Counted from the stretch's first letter, positions 30,983 to 42,188 are shown. The stretch is 64,000 bases of DNA from an uncultured delta proteobacterium (GCA_963843145.1 CAWJJC010000020.1:352001-416000), one strand, 5' to 3'. Numbers and translations are program-made. Notes: generated from the letters alone by a model not told the origin.

Positions 30983-32831
30983 CCCCCTTTTCCTCCGTGG
31001 CCGCCGGCAGGGTAAAAGAAAAGGTGCTCCCCTGGCCGGGGGCGGATTCCACCCAGATGGATCCCCCATGGGCCCGAACGATTTCCTTGCAGATAGCCAG
31101 CCCCAAACCGGTGCCGCCGGCTTCCCGTCCCTTAAGCTGCACGAATTTCTTAAAAATCCGGGCTTGGTCTTCCCAGGGAATCCCCGGGCCATCATCTTGG
31201 ACGGACATTTGTACCTGGGCGCCAAGCCGTTTGGCCCTTAGGTGAATATGGCCGTTCTCGCCGACATAGCGCAGGGCATTGGAAACCAAGTTCGTCAGGA
31301 CCCAAGTGATTTTGTTGGCGTCGGCCCTGATTCGCGGCGCGTCTTCCAACAGGTCCATGGTTAGGGAGACCGGCTTCATTTCCAATTGCCCTTTGAAAAT
31401 GGTCTGAATTTGACTAAAAATATCCGCCAGCGCCACGTTTTCAAATTCCAGAGTAATCTTCCCGGCCTCGATCTTGGATAAATCCAGCAGGTCCTGCACC
31501 AGGGCTTTCAGGCGTTGGACCTCCTCGTGGGCCACCTGGAGCAGTTCCTGATCCCGGGGGGGGAGGTCTCCGGAGGTCTGTTCCAAGAGGAGGTCGATGC
31601 TCATGCTCAGGCTAGTGAGCGGGGTATACAGTTCATGGGAGGCCGCCATGACGAATTCGCTTTTGAGCCGTTCCACTTCCTTAAGACGGGTGACGTCCCG
31701 GAGCAGTAGGACGATCCCGGAGAGGCCTCGCTCCCGTCCCCCGATGGTTGTTACGGAGAAAAGCACATGACGCGGTCCCTGGTTTTGAGGAAGGGAAACG
31801 ATCCGTTCTTCCTCGGGCCCAGGCGGCGGAACTCCGGATTCGATCGTCTGGCGGACCAAGTCGCAGATCGGGGTCTGGGGGAAGACTTCAGAGCAATTCT
31901 TTCCCAAAACCTCGACAGCTTCCAGATCCAGCATCCGGCGGGCGGCCGGGTTGATGCCCGTCACCCGGAGTGCGGTATCAAAAACCACCAGGCCGTCCTC
32001 AATGCTGGCCAGGATGGCCTCGCCTTTCTGCTTTTCGGCGATGATCTGTTCGATGTTCAGGGCGCGATAACGCTCCAACTGGGTCGTCATCCGATTGAAT
32101 TCTTCCGCCAGCAGCCCGAGTTCATCCCGAGTTTCGACCGGAACCCGGACGGCGTAATCTCCCGAAGTGATCTTTCTGGCGGCTTCCATAAAAAGGAGAA
32201 GCGGGCGGACGATCCGCCCGGATAGAAACAGGCTGAAGGAGAGGGCTATAATTAAGGCCGAGCCCGCAAAGATAACGGTAGACCAGATGGCCCGGTTGGA
32301 CACGGACCCGGCCCTTTCGCTGGCTTTATACATCGCGGCTTCGTTAAGATGGCGGAGTTGCCGGCAGTCTTGGCGGACGCGGACAAAAGGGAGATAGACC
32401 GTTTCCAAATAATAGCGGTGAAGTGTCCGATCCGGAGGCTTATGGTTTGTCCCCGCGGCGGTCCACGCGGAAAACTGCCGTCGATAATGGGCATACTCGG
32501 CTTCGATGTCCTGAATCAGTTTTCCTTCACCCGGGACCGTGACATTGTCCTTGGCCCGGGCCAGCCATTCCAGAAAACGGGCCTCATTTTCGCGGAACTG
32601 GCCTGCGCCCGTCTCGGGATCTCCCAGGAACAAAAGCAGCACAGCGCTGTCTTGCCGCTCCAGGGCGTCTATCATATTTTCAGCGGCCAGAATGCTTCGA
32701 TAGTTCTCCCGAAGAATGGCGTCACTCGCCCGACCCAAAGACACCAGGTTTAAAACCGCCCAGGCGACCACCAGCCCCATCACGATAAAGGCGATACCGT
32801 AGCCGATCAAAATTTTCTTCTTGAGGGTCAT
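30951..32831 (-). CDS. HAMP-PAS sensor histidine kinase (paralog of 23899-25743)
   Basis: ILRENYRS, SHELYTPLTS, NALRY and GGTGLGL. Confidence 0.92.
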   Translation of the reverse strand: MTLKKKILIGYGIAFIVMGLVVAWAVLNLVSLGRASDAILRENYRSILAAENMIDALERQDSAVLLLFLGDPETGAGQFRENEARFLEWLARAKDNVTVPGEGKLIQDIEAEYAHYRRQFSAWTAAGTNHKPPDRTLHRYYLETVYLPFVRVRQDCRQLRHLNEAAMYKASERAGSVSNRAIWSTVIFAGSALIIALSFSLFLSGRIVRPLLLFMEAARKITSGDYAVRVPVETRDELGLLAEEFNRMTTQLERYRALNIEQIIAEKQKGEAILASIEDGLVVFDTALRVTGINPAARRMLDLEAVEVLGKNCSEVFPQTPICDLVRQTIESGVPPPGPEEERIVSLPQNQGPRHVLFSVTTIGGRERGLSGIVLLLRDVTRLKEVERLKSEFVMAASHELYTPLTSLSMSIDLLLEQTSGDLPPRDQELLQVAHEEVQRLKALVQDLLDLSKIEAGKITLEFENVALADIFSQIQTIFKGQLEMKPVSLTMDLLEDAPRIRADANKITWVLTNLVSNALRYVGENGHIHLRAKRLGAQVQMSVQDDGPGIPWEDQARIFKKFVQLKGREAGGTGLGLAICKEIVRAHGGSIWVESAPGQGSTFSFTLPAATEEKGDENEKNSGGG

Positions 32832-32916
32832 TGGATAACTCCTGAAGATTTGACATAATTCCTTTGATCAGAGTTGCAAATTCGTCCTTTTTGCGAAACC
32901 ATCAAGTTAAGGACAA

Positions 32917-32933
32917 AGCAATTCCTATGCCGA
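32917..32933 (-). promoter_or_regulatory. sigma-54 (-24/-12) promoter
   Basis: Minus strand TCGGCATAGGAATTGCT has GG-N10-GC spacing; lies between the activator and kinase genes. Confidence 0.75.
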
Positions 32934-33053
32934 TAATCAGTCCTTGAAAATTCAACTGGTTATAGCTTCAACGGAATATTTGAGTTTGAAATTTGAAAAG
33001 AGGGGGTTGGATCAACCTTGCAAAAAGCAAGGTCCGGGAATGATTGGATTGGT

Positions 33054-34412
33054 TTAGATACCGTAGGCCTTTCGCCTGCGCCACAGGGTGGCCTGGTCGA
33101 TGCCCAGGATATCCGAGGCTTCCTGTAGCGATCCGGCCTCGGCCAAGACGCTCCGGATGTGGAGTTCTTCAATCGTGGACAGGGGCACCCGGTCCCCCAG
33201 GATGGGTGTTCTGGGCCTGGGCATGATCGTTTCCGGGAAGTCTCTCCGGTCGATGGTTGATCCGCTTCCCAGGATAACGGCCCGCTCAATACTGTTACGG
33301 AGTTCGCGGACGTTTCCGGGCCAGGGATACCCTTGAAGGGCTTCCAAAGCCTCGGAGGTAAAACCTTGGAGGTTTTTGTGGTTGACCCGGCAAAAATGCG
33401 AAAGAAAATCCTCGGCCAAGGGCAGAATGTCTTCCGGACGCTCCCGCAGCGGGGGCACCAGCAAACTGATGACATTGAGCCGATAATACAGATCTTCCCG
33501 GAACCGGCCTTCGGCCACCCGCTTTTCCAAATCGGCGTTGGTGGCGACAATGATCCGCACTTCGGCCTGGCGGGTAATCGCCTCCCCCAGCCGTTCATAC
33601 TCTTTGTCCTGGATCAACCGAAGCAGCTTTCCCTGTACGGAAGGCGCCAGGTCGCCAATTTCATCCAAGAAAAGAGTTCCTCCGGCGCAAAGGGCCACCC
33701 TGCCCGCGTAGTCCTTTACCGCCCCGGTGAAAGCCCCCTTGGCATGGCCGAAAAATTCGCTTTCGAGAAGGTCCGGGGGCACGGCCGGGCAGGAGATCAC
33801 GGCCATGGGCTTGGCCGCCCTGGGACTCCCCTGGTGTATGGCCCGGGCCAAAATGGACTTGCCGGTCCCGCTTTCCCCCCTGAGCAGGATCGTCGCCTCG
33901 GAAGCCGCTGCTTTCTGAGCGGATTCGATCAGACGTTTCATGCCCGGATTCCTGCTCTGGGGAAGGGCCTCCGGGCCCAGACGTTTTACATCTTCCCGGA
34001 GAGCGGCGACTTCCGCCTCCAGTTCCCTGATGCGGCCAAAGCGTCGGGCTAACATCCTGATCTGGTCAGCGGAGAAAGGCTTCGGCAGATAATCAGCGGC
34101 CCCTCGCCGCATGGCCTCCACGGCAGTTTCGATGGAAGCGTAGGCCGTGATGACCACCACTTTCGTCCAAGGGGAGTCGGACCGAATAGCAGGGATCAGT
34201 TCCATCCCGTCGGTTGGGCCCAATCGGAGGTCAACAAAGGCCAAGTCAAAAAACCGTCTTCGAACCTCGGCCAAAGCATCGGCCGCGTTACTGACCGCAA
34301 CCACCCGGTGGCCCTCAGGCTCCAGGCAATAGGCCAGGGTCTTGCGGATATTGTCCTCGTCATCGACAATCAGAATGGTAAGAGAAGAGACCGCGGTCGG
34401 TACTTGACTCAT
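33054..34412 (-). CDS. sigma-54-dependent response regulator (paralog of 25984-27324)
   Basis: GESGTGKS, ESEFFGHAKGAFTGA, WPGNVREL and LGIDQATLWRRRK. Confidence 0.95.
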   Translation of the reverse strand: MSQVPTAVSSLTILIVDDEDNIRKTLAYCLEPEGHRVVAVSNAADALAEVRRRFFDLAFVDLRLGPTDGMELIPAIRSDSPWTKVVVITAYASIETAVEAMRRGAADYLPKPFSADQIRMLARRFGRIRELEAEVAALREDVKRLGPEALPQSRNPGMKRLIESAQKAAASEATILLRGESGTGKSILARAIHQGSPRAAKPMAVISCPAVPPDLLESEFFGHAKGAFTGAVKDYAGRVALCAGGTLFLDEIGDLAPSVQGKLLRLIQDKEYERLGEAITRQAEVRIIVATNADLEKRVAEGRFREDLYYRLNVISLLVPPLRERPEDILPLAEDFLSHFCRVNHKNLQGFTSEALEALQGYPWPGNVRELRNSIERAVILGSGSTIDRRDFPETIMPRPRTPILGDRVPLSTIEELHIRSVLAEAGSLQEASDILGIDQATLWRRRKAYGI

Positions 34413-34464
34413 TAGACTATCCCCTTGGGGGGCCTTTTTACGGTCGGGGCTTGATTTTCCCGGA

Positions 34465-34920
34465 TTAAAGGCACATGTCTACGAACTGGGCAAACGCCGT
34501 TTCCATTCTCTTGTTCAGGATATTGGCCGCCCGCTTCATGACCAGAAACCCCATCTCATAGTCCTGAACAAGGAGCTTCTCCAGGTCTCCCCCCCTCCAG
34601 GCGAAAACTCGGGTGGGCACTAGGGCCTTGGCATAGCCGATATACTTCCTGTTTTCCGAATCCACCAGGGAAGACAGACCAAAAGTCATTCCCTTGGTGA
34701 TCTCCAGGAAAGCGATACGCCGGGAGGAAGTCTTGGCCAACTCGCGGCTAACCCGGCCTTCGATCACCGCAAACAGATGCTCGGCGTATTCCCCTTCCTG
34801 GAAGATATACTCCTTTTCCCCGTACTTCTTTATCAGGGTGACTTCTTCCAGCTTCTTCAGCATCGGGTCCGTCAGATAGCTCAGCATAATAATGGCTCTT
34901 AAATTAGTTATGTCAATCAT
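34465..34920 (-). CDS. stand-alone cyclic-nucleotide-binding domain protein
   Basis: IFQEGEYAEHLFAVIEGRV...GMTFG; GGAGGAGGG RBS. Confidence 0.8.
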   Translation of the reverse strand: MIDITNLRAIIMLSYLTDPMLKKLEEVTLIKKYGEKEYIFQEGEYAEHLFAVIEGRVSRELAKTSSRRIAFLEITKGMTFGLSSLVDSENRKYIGYAKALVPTRVFAWRGGDLEKLLVQDYEMGFLVMKRAANILNKRMETAFAQFVDMCL

Positions 34921-34969
34921 GGTTCCCTCCTCCTCACTGGAATTTAAGGATAAATAGGTTCTATTTTTA

Positions 34970-35287
34970 GACGCTTCGCCCTTTTGGGTGGGTACCCCCA
35001 GATCTGGTATGGCCGTGGGGTCTTGGCGAAAGGGTTTTCCAAAGGTACTCCGGACTTCGAATCCGGGCCTAACTTGCTAATTTTATTTAAAGCAGGCCCA
35101 TACTCAGAGTATTTTGATGTCTTCTTGGCTGGCCCTGTCTCCTGGAAACTTTGAGTGTCTGGGGGCCGGGTTAGAACCTAAAAAGCAATATGGAAAACCC
35201 TTTCGCCAAGACCCCACGGCCACGAAGACCCGATTTCAGATTAATCTACTATATATTGTAGCCACCTACCCAAAAGGGCAACCAACC
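34970..35287. mobile_element. MITE-like non-coding element with terminal and internal inverted repeats
   Basis: Ends GCCCTTTTGGGTGGGT / ACCTACCCAAAAGGGC; perfect 32-bp internal inverted repeat 35010-35041 vs 35191-35222; related copy at 6616-6731. Confidence 0.7.
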
Positions 35288-35361
35288 TCTTTCTTTAGGA
35301 ACTCTTGAACAGTTCATCCGACGCAAGAATAATTTAATGCTTATGCGCCGCCCCCCCGGTC

Positions 35362-38300
35362 TCAGAGGGCCGATTCGATCATAGCCATGACCTGGTCGGT
35401 CTCAAACCCTTTAAGGGTAATCGCCCCCGATCGGCAGGATGCGGTACAAAGGCCGCAACCCTTGCAGAGGGTGGCTTGAATTTGGGCTTTTCCGGTTTTT
35501 TCATTGATCTGCGGGGCGGAATAGGGACAGATGGAAACACAGACTCCGCAGGAGCTGCAGGCCGCCGGGATGACCGAGGCCACCGTGCCCGTCACGCTGA
35601 TCGTCCCGGCCGAGAGCAGGGCTATTGCCCGGGCCGCGGCACCCTGGGCCTCGGTGATGGATTCGTCAATTGATTTGGGGGCCTGGGCCAGCCCGCAGAG
35701 AAAAACCCCGTCGGTGGCAAAGTCCACCGGCCTCAGTTTTACATGGGCCTCGACGAAAAACCCATCGGCGTTTTGCGGTACCTTATAAAACTGGGCCAGG
35801 GGATTCTTCTTTTCGGGAACGATGGCCGAGGCCAGCACCAGGAGATCGGGGCGGACCTCCATAACCCGTTTGAGCGCCGTGTCCGTAAAAGACAGGGTCA
35901 AAGCGCCGTTATCCTGGCCGGCCGTCAAGCCCTGATCAAAATTATAACGTATAAAGGAAATCCCTTTCTGACGGGCTTCCCGGTAAAGGTCCTCTCGCAG
36001 CCCGTAGGTCCGCATATCCCGATAGACGATGAATATTCGCGCTTCGGGGTTGATCTCCTTCAAAGTCAGGGCGCCCTTCACGCTGCGGGTGCAGCAGACC
36101 CGGGAGCAGTAGGGCCGCTCGGGGATCCTTGAGCCGACACACTGAATAAAAACCGCCGTCTTGATCTGCTTCAGGGCCGGATCGCCGTCAATAAACCGTC
36201 GTTGTAATTCCAGCCCCGTTAATACCCGGGCATCCTGACCGTAATAATATTGATCGGGTTTCAGTTCGGAGGCGCCGGTAGCGATGATGGTCACGCCGTG
36301 GGACAAGACTCGGGTCTCCCGTTCCGACTCGATGGTGGTCTTGAAATTCCCCACAAACCCGTCCACCCCCGTTATCTGGGAATTCAGGAACACCTTGATC
36401 CGTTCATCCCGAGTGATGGACTCGATCAACCCGTCCAGAGAAGGCTGCACCTCCTCGCCCTTCCAGGTTTGAAAAACCCGCCGGGCCTGACCTCCGAGAG
36501 CCGCGCTTTTTTCCAGCAGGTAGGTCTTGAACCCCTGATCGGCCAGGGTCCTGGCGGCGGACAGGCCGGCCAGACCGCCGCCGATCACCAGCGCCTTCTG
36601 ATTGATATCGAGCGTCGGCTCCGGCAGGGGCTGCAATAGCACCGCTTTGGCGGCGGCCATCCGGACCAGATCTTTGGCCTTCTCCGTGGCCTGTTCAGGC
36701 TGGTGTTGGTGCACCCAGGAGCACTGGTTGCGGATATTGGCCATCTCAAAGAGGTATTTATTGAGTCCGGCATTGGTTAAGGTTTCCTGGAAAAGCGGTT
36801 CGTGGGTCCGGGGGGTGCAGGCCGCCACCACCACCTTGTTCAGGTGCTGATCCCGGATGATCTGGGCCAGCTTTTCCTGGCTGTCCTGAGCGCAACTGAA
36901 AAGGTTCTGCTCGGCATAGACTACGCCGGGCAGCGTCTTGGCGAAGTCAACCACCGCCGGGACATCGACCACGCCGGCGATGTTGGTTCCGCAGCAACAA
37001 ACAAAAACACCAACCCGGGGAGCTTCTCCGCGGACGTCGATTTCCAAGGGGATTTCCCGGGTCCGCGTTCGAGACCCGCGGGCCTCCGAGAGCAGCCCGC
37101 CGGCACCCGCGGCAGCGGCGCTGGAGTCCACGACGCAGGAGGGAATATCCTTGGGAGCCTGACAGGCACCGCAGACAAAAATGCCGGGCCTCCCGCTTTC
37201 CACCGGATGGAAACTGCTTACTCGGGCATACTGATGGCGGTTGAGTTCCACCCCCAGCTTCCCGGCCAGTTCCACGCCGGACGAAGTCTGGCCCAGACCG
37301 ACGGAGAGCACGACCAGATCGAATTCTTCCTCCATCCGCCGGCCGCTTTCATCGACGTAGCGGACGAGGAGTCGGCCGGTGTCGCCGACCGGCTCCAGGT
37401 GGCTGACCCGGGATTTGATGAACCGGACGCCTAGTTCATCTCGAGCGCGATTATAGTAGCGTTCATAGTCCTTGCCATAGGTCCTCAAATCAATATAAAA
37501 GATGGCCGTGTCCAGGTCACCCTGGACGTGTTCCTTAGCCAGCATAGCCTCCTTGATGGCAAAAGTGCAGCAGACAGCGGAACAATAGCTTCGGGCACCG
37601 GGATGCTCGTCCCGGGAACCGATGCACTGGAACCAGGCGATTTTGCGCGGTTCCCGGCCGTCTGATGGGCGGACCAGATGGCCGCCATAGGGACCGGAGG
37701 AGGAGAGGATGCGCTCAAATTCCAGGGTGGTGACGATGTTGGGAGAGCTCTTATAACCGAAGGTATCGTAAACGGCCGGATCAAAGGTCCGGCTTCCCTG
37801 GGCCAGAACGACGGCGCCTACCTTCAGGGTCCGCTCGCTTTCCCGATCGTCGAAGCGGATGGCGCCGGTGGGGCAAAACTTTTCACAGGCCCGGCATTTC
37901 CCCTTGGTCAGATAGATACATTCCCGGGGATCGATGACGTATTTCAGCGGGACTGCCTGGGCATACTGAACATAGATCGCCTTGCGCTGGCCCAAACCGC
38001 TGTCCTGTTCATTGGCTACCTTACGGGGACATTTTTCGGCGCAAAGGCCGCAGGCGATGCATTTTTCCAGATCGACATACCGGGGATACCGGGTTACCTG
38101 GACTTCAAAGTTCCCTGCCTCTCCCGAAATCCGGTTCACCTCGGACAGGGTAAGCAGCTCGATGTTGATATGCCGGCCGACCTCGACCAGCTTAGGGGAG
38201 ATAATTCAAAGGGCACAATCGTTGGTCGGGAAGGTCTTGTCCAACCGGCTCATCATCCCGCCGATGGAAGGGGACCTTTCCAGCAGATAGACGTAATAGC

Positions 38301-38385
38301 CGGAATTGGCCAGATCCAGCGCGGCCTGCATCCCGGTAATACCGCCCCCGATCACCAGGACCGCCCCGATGGTCTCCTTAGGCAT
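35362..38385 (-). CDS. hdrA: heterodisulfide reductase subunit A-like flavoprotein, selenocysteine-containing (UGA at 38206-38208)
   Basis: [15 protein letters not shown]...[21 protein letters not shown] stays in frame with the 925-aa ORF; [18 protein letters not shown] and ferredoxin motifs. Confidence 0.92.
38172..38205 (-). promoter_or_regulatory. bacterial SECIS hairpin after the hdrA UGA
   Basis: GCUGGUCG-AGGU-CGGCCGGC stem-loop starting about 15 nt 3' of the UGA. Confidence 0.65.
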
Positions 38386-39265
38386 GGTTTGATTCCTCAC
38401 TTGAAAAACGAATAAGCCCGCTGAACTCCGGGGAATCCCCCTGGGGCCAGAGGTACTTCCGGTCGAGGCCCAGCGCAATTCCCAGCAGTTGCGTATACAA
38501 AATGGGAGCTGGTGGTTCTTCAGCTCCCTCGAAGGAGAGCGGCCCCTTTTGGACCGTCTCAAACTGCAACTGACAGAAGGGACAGGCCGTACAAAGGTAA
38601 TCGGCCCCGGCCTCCCGGCTCTTTCTTATCTTGTCTCTCGTCCGCTGTAGAGAGACCCCGTCGTTTACCCCCAGCAGGGGGGCTCCGCAGCAATCCAGCC
38701 GGCTGTCCCAGTCCAGGCTCTCGGCGCCGGTCGCCCGGACCAGGGCGTCGAAGATAACCGGATGGAGGGGATCATCGAACTGGGTTATCCGGCTCGGCCG
38801 GAGGGCATGGCATCCGACCTGGGGGGCGATCTTCAGTCCCTTATAGGGCTTGATGATTTTTCCCTGAAGGGCCTCCAGACCCACATCCTGGTAGAGGACC
38901 GAAAGAAGATGTTTCACCCGACCCCCGCCTTGGTACTTCAGTCCTTCCCGGCCCAGAAACCGGTTCACTTCTTCCCCCAGCAAAGGGTTTTCCTCCAGGA
39001 CCTGGGCGGCCCTTTTCAGGCTTCCAAAACAACATTTGCAGAGGGCCAGAATATCCAACCCGGCCTTTTCGGCGATGGCCAGATTCCTGGCCGAGGACAA
39101 GAGATAGCCTTTCTGGTCTAATGCCCGCAGAGGGTATCCGCAGCACCCGAAACCTCGGAAATCCACCAAGGTGACCCCCAGCCGGTCCAGGACCGCCCGA
39201 GCCGAAGTCAGGTACTGGGCGACTCGAGCCGGGATATTACAGCCGATAAAGAGCGCAAATTTCAA
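38378..39265 (-). CDS. hdrB: heterodisulfide reductase subunit B
   Basis: Two CCG domains (GCCG, DCCG), GCHALRP and TACPFC. Confidence 0.93.
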   Translation of the reverse strand: MKFALFIGCNIPARVAQYLTSARAVLDRLGVTLVDFRGFGCCGYPLRALDQKGYLLSSARNLAIAEKAGLDILALCKCCFGSLKRAAQVLEENPLLGEEVNRFLGREGLKYQGGGRVKHLLSVLYQDVGLEALQGKIIKPYKGLKIAPQVGCHALRPSRITQFDDPLHPVIFDALVRATGAESLDWDSRLDCCGAPLLGVNDGVSLQRTRDKIRKSREAGADYLCTACPFCQLQFETVQKGPLSFEGAEEPPAPILYTQLLGIALGLDRKYLWPQGDSPEFSGLIRFSSEESNHA

Positions 39266-41046
39266 GATTCTGCTCCACCTTCTCTGGATAGGCCGGTCGA
39301 TCCCCTCTGATTCCCGGCCGCCAGGTTTTTCAACTCATAGAGGAGATCGGTCACCATAACCCCCTGAGGGCAGTGCTCCTGGCATTGATAACAGGTCAGG
39401 CAGTCCCAGATCATCCGGTTGCCTCGAGCCGGATCGATCAACCCCAGACCCAGGCTGGTCATAATCTGGTGGGGGAGGAGCCCCAGGACCTCCTCCGGAT
39501 TCTCAAAGGCGGCTACCACCGGACAGATATTGGTACAGTTTTGACAGACAAAACAGTTGGCGAAATTGCGGGCGTCCGGCAGGAACACCGGAAGGACCGG
39601 GACCTCAGGGCTCAGGGCCAAGGGATGCTCCGCCGTTTTCCCCTCCTCAAAAGGCAAGGCCACGGCTTGCCTGGCCAGTTGGACGGGTGCCTCATATTCT
39701 TTCCGGGGGTGGATGGCCTGGTTCAGTCCGCGAGCGAATGAATAGGGAGAAAGGATCAGTCGTTCCGGGATACCCCTTTGCACCAGGTCCTCTTTCAAAT
39801 CGACCCAGAGTTCTTTCAGGTTGATTCCCGAGGGGCAGACCACCGTACACCGGTCGCAACTGGTGCAACAATAGACCCCTTCCAAGAGGGACCGGAGCTG
39901 CCGGGGTTCCAGGGACTTTCCGCGAACCAGGGCCTTGAGCGCGTGCAGCTTCTCCGAAGGCAATATATTTTCATTGCCCCAGAGTTCGTAGGCCGCCCCC
40001 ACCGAACAGCGGATACTGCAGGTCCCGCAATGGGTGCAGGCGTCCAGTTCGATCATCTGCCGGGTGGCGACGTTGGCCGGGTGGGACCGCTCCCGGTCCA
40101 TGACCGCATTCATCAACAGGGATAGGGGGGTATAAAGGATATGACCCATCTTGCTGAAGGGCAGGTAGGCCAGGCCGATAAGGCACAACAGGACGTGCAC
40201 CACCCAAAGAATCGCGGGCAGTCCCCTCCGGTCCAGGAAGAGGGCCAGTGGGCTCAGCAGTTTGGCCGTGGGATAACCTAAAAGGGCCCAGGAGGCTGCG
40301 GAATGACATTCCAGGCAAGTCGTTTCGTGGATTTCCTTTCCCTTGGCCAGTACCCGGGGGTCTCCGGGACCCTTGACGTTAGGGGAAACCAGCCCGTATT
40401 GCCGCACCCATAAGGTTTCCAGGGCCTGCAGCTCCTGGTTCCCTTCCCATTGGGAATCGATGGCTCCATAGTCCTCAGCCATCTGCAGAAATTCGGAATA
40501 AGAGGTGATCTTGACCCCTTCCAAAAGGATCCCCGAGCCCAGGATCAGAAGCAGGATGGCCAGGGCATAATAGTCCATACCATGGGTTTTCAGGCGGGGG
40601 ACTTTTTGGATAAAGCGCCGCCAGACCGCCAGGCCCATTCCGGCCAGGACCAGCAAACCGGAGAGGTCGCGCAGAAAAAAGAAAGGGTTGACCGTCGAAT
40701 GATATGAAGGGAAAAGAGGGGCCGTGACCAGGCTCCCCAGGGCATGCATCAGGAGCAGGACCATAAACCCCCAGTAAATGGAGAGATGCATGGCCCAGCG
40801 CAGGCGATCTTCCTTAAAGGTCCTCCTTTGAAGAAACACATCCAGGACCAGGGCCTTGACCAGAGCGCCCGCTTGAAGGCTGAAGATTGTTGTCAAGACC
40901 CCCTGAAAAGCGGCTTTGACCCTTTGCGGGGTGGTAAATCCCCTTGAAGTCTGAACCAGGCCCCGGGAGAACCAGAAGTAGATTTTGTAAATCAGTCCCA
41001 GCCCAAAAATGATCAGCGCTAAGGGCAGGAAAAACTTAAAGACCAT
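39262..41046 (-). CDS. membrane-bound HdrC-like protein: NarI/DsrM-like membrane domain + CxxCH + two 4Fe-4S dicluster domains
   Basis: About 5 TM helices with RWAMH and PFSKMGH; CLECH; four CxxCxxCxxxC motifs including WDCLTCYQCQEHCPQGV. Confidence 0.8.
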   Translation of the reverse strand: MVFKFFLPLALIIFGLGLIYKIYFWFSRGLVQTSRGFTTPQRVKAAFQGVLTTIFSLQAGALVKALVLDVFLQRRTFKEDRLRWAMHLSIYWGFMVLLLMHALGSLVTAPLFPSYHSTVNPFFFLRDLSGLLVLAGMGLAVWRRFIQKVPRLKTHGMDYYALAILLLILGSGILLEGVKITSYSEFLQMAEDYGAIDSQWEGNQELQALETLWVRQYGLVSPNVKGPGDPRVLAKGKEIHETTCLECHSAASWALLGYPTAKLLSPLALFLDRRGLPAILWVVHVLLCLIGLAYLPFSKMGHILYTPLSLLMNAVMDRERSHPANVATRQMIELDACTHCGTCSIRCSVGAAYELWGNENILPSEKLHALKALVRGKSLEPRQLRSLLEGVYCCTSCDRCTVVCPSGINLKELWVDLKEDLVQRGIPERLILSPYSFARGLNQAIHPRKEYEAPVQLARQAVALPFEEGKTAEHPLALSPEVPVLPVFLPDARNFANCFVCQNCTNICPVVAAFENPEEVLGLLPHQIMTSLGLGLIDPARGNRMIWDCLTCYQCQEHCPQGVMVTDLLYELKNLAAGNQRGSTGLSREGGAES

Positions 41047-41364
41047 AGAAAAAACAAACCCTTCTTTAACCTGGGAGGAAAGCGATCAAACGAAGTACGT
41101 TTCACCCAAAGCCGGGCTGGACCACACCCCTTCCCCTGAGTTGGTAATAGCCCGATCAGGGTGGACATCGCGCTAAAGGATACAGGCAGATAGTTACATG
41201 TTAAGGGAACATTAAAAAAAGGTCAACCGGATAACGATCCTTAACAGGTAACGCGAGACGGTCGGCAAACCCGGGTAGCCGCCAATTTTTCGGATAATAT
41301 CTTTGACCTTTTGAAATCACTTCATCATAATTGAATCTCTGCCGTTTAAAAAAAGGAGGAAACG

Positions 41365-42188
41365 ATGGACCTGATCACCATTGACCGCGAGAAATGCAAT
41401 CAGGACGGTATTTGTATCAGCGAGTGTCCAGCCCGCATCATTCGGATGGATGAAAAGGAGGGCTATCCCCTTCCCACTTCTGATTTTGAGGAGTATTGCA
41501 TCAGATGCGGACACTGTGTGGCCGTTTGCCCCGTGGGGGCGCTGCGCCTTGACTGGCTGGATCCGGAGAATTGCCGTGAACTGGAGAAGGACCTGGCCTT
41601 GACCCCCGAACAGGCCGAGCAGTTTCTCCAGGCCCGGCGCTCGATCCGGAGCTTTAAGGAAAAGACGGTCCCTCGGGAGACCCTGGAAAAACTATTGGAG
41701 GTCGCCTGTTCCGCTCCTTCAGCCAAGAACCAGCAGCCCTGGCACTGGATCGTTGTCCAGGAGCCCCAGGAAGTCCGGCGAATGGCCGGCCTGGTCGTGA
41801 AGGCCATGCGGGCGGTCCTGGAATCAAATCCGGAAGCCGGGAAAACGCGGGGCTACACCGGGTGGTCGCCGCCTGGGACACGGGATTGGATCGGGTTTGC
41901 CGGGAGGCGCCCCATCTCATCATCGGTCATGCCGACCGAAACTGGCTTTTCGGTCCCGAGGACACCGCTCTGGCGTTGAGCCTGCTCGACCTGTACGCCA
42001 CGAGCCTCGGGTTAGGGGTCTGCTGGGGCGGCTACTTGTACAAAACGGTAAATGCCTACCCCCCCCTGTTTGAGGCTCTGGGCCTGCCCAAGGATCATCT
42101 TGCCTTTGGGGCCGTGATGGTCGGCTATCCGAAATTCAAGTACCCGCGTATCCCGGTCCGCAATCCGCCTCGGGTGACCTGGAAATAA
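41365..42188 (+). CDS. ferredoxin-nitroreductase fusion (frameshift near 41860)
   Basis: CNQDGICISECP, CIRCGHCVAVCP, RRSIRSF and APSAKNQQPW; second ORF supplies SLGLGVCW...VGYP. Confidence 0.88.

Noticed and set aside
41047-41364. Riboswitch upstream of the hdr operon
   Set aside because: One hairpin (CCCTGA...TCAGGG) is present, but no aptamer consensus I can recognise.
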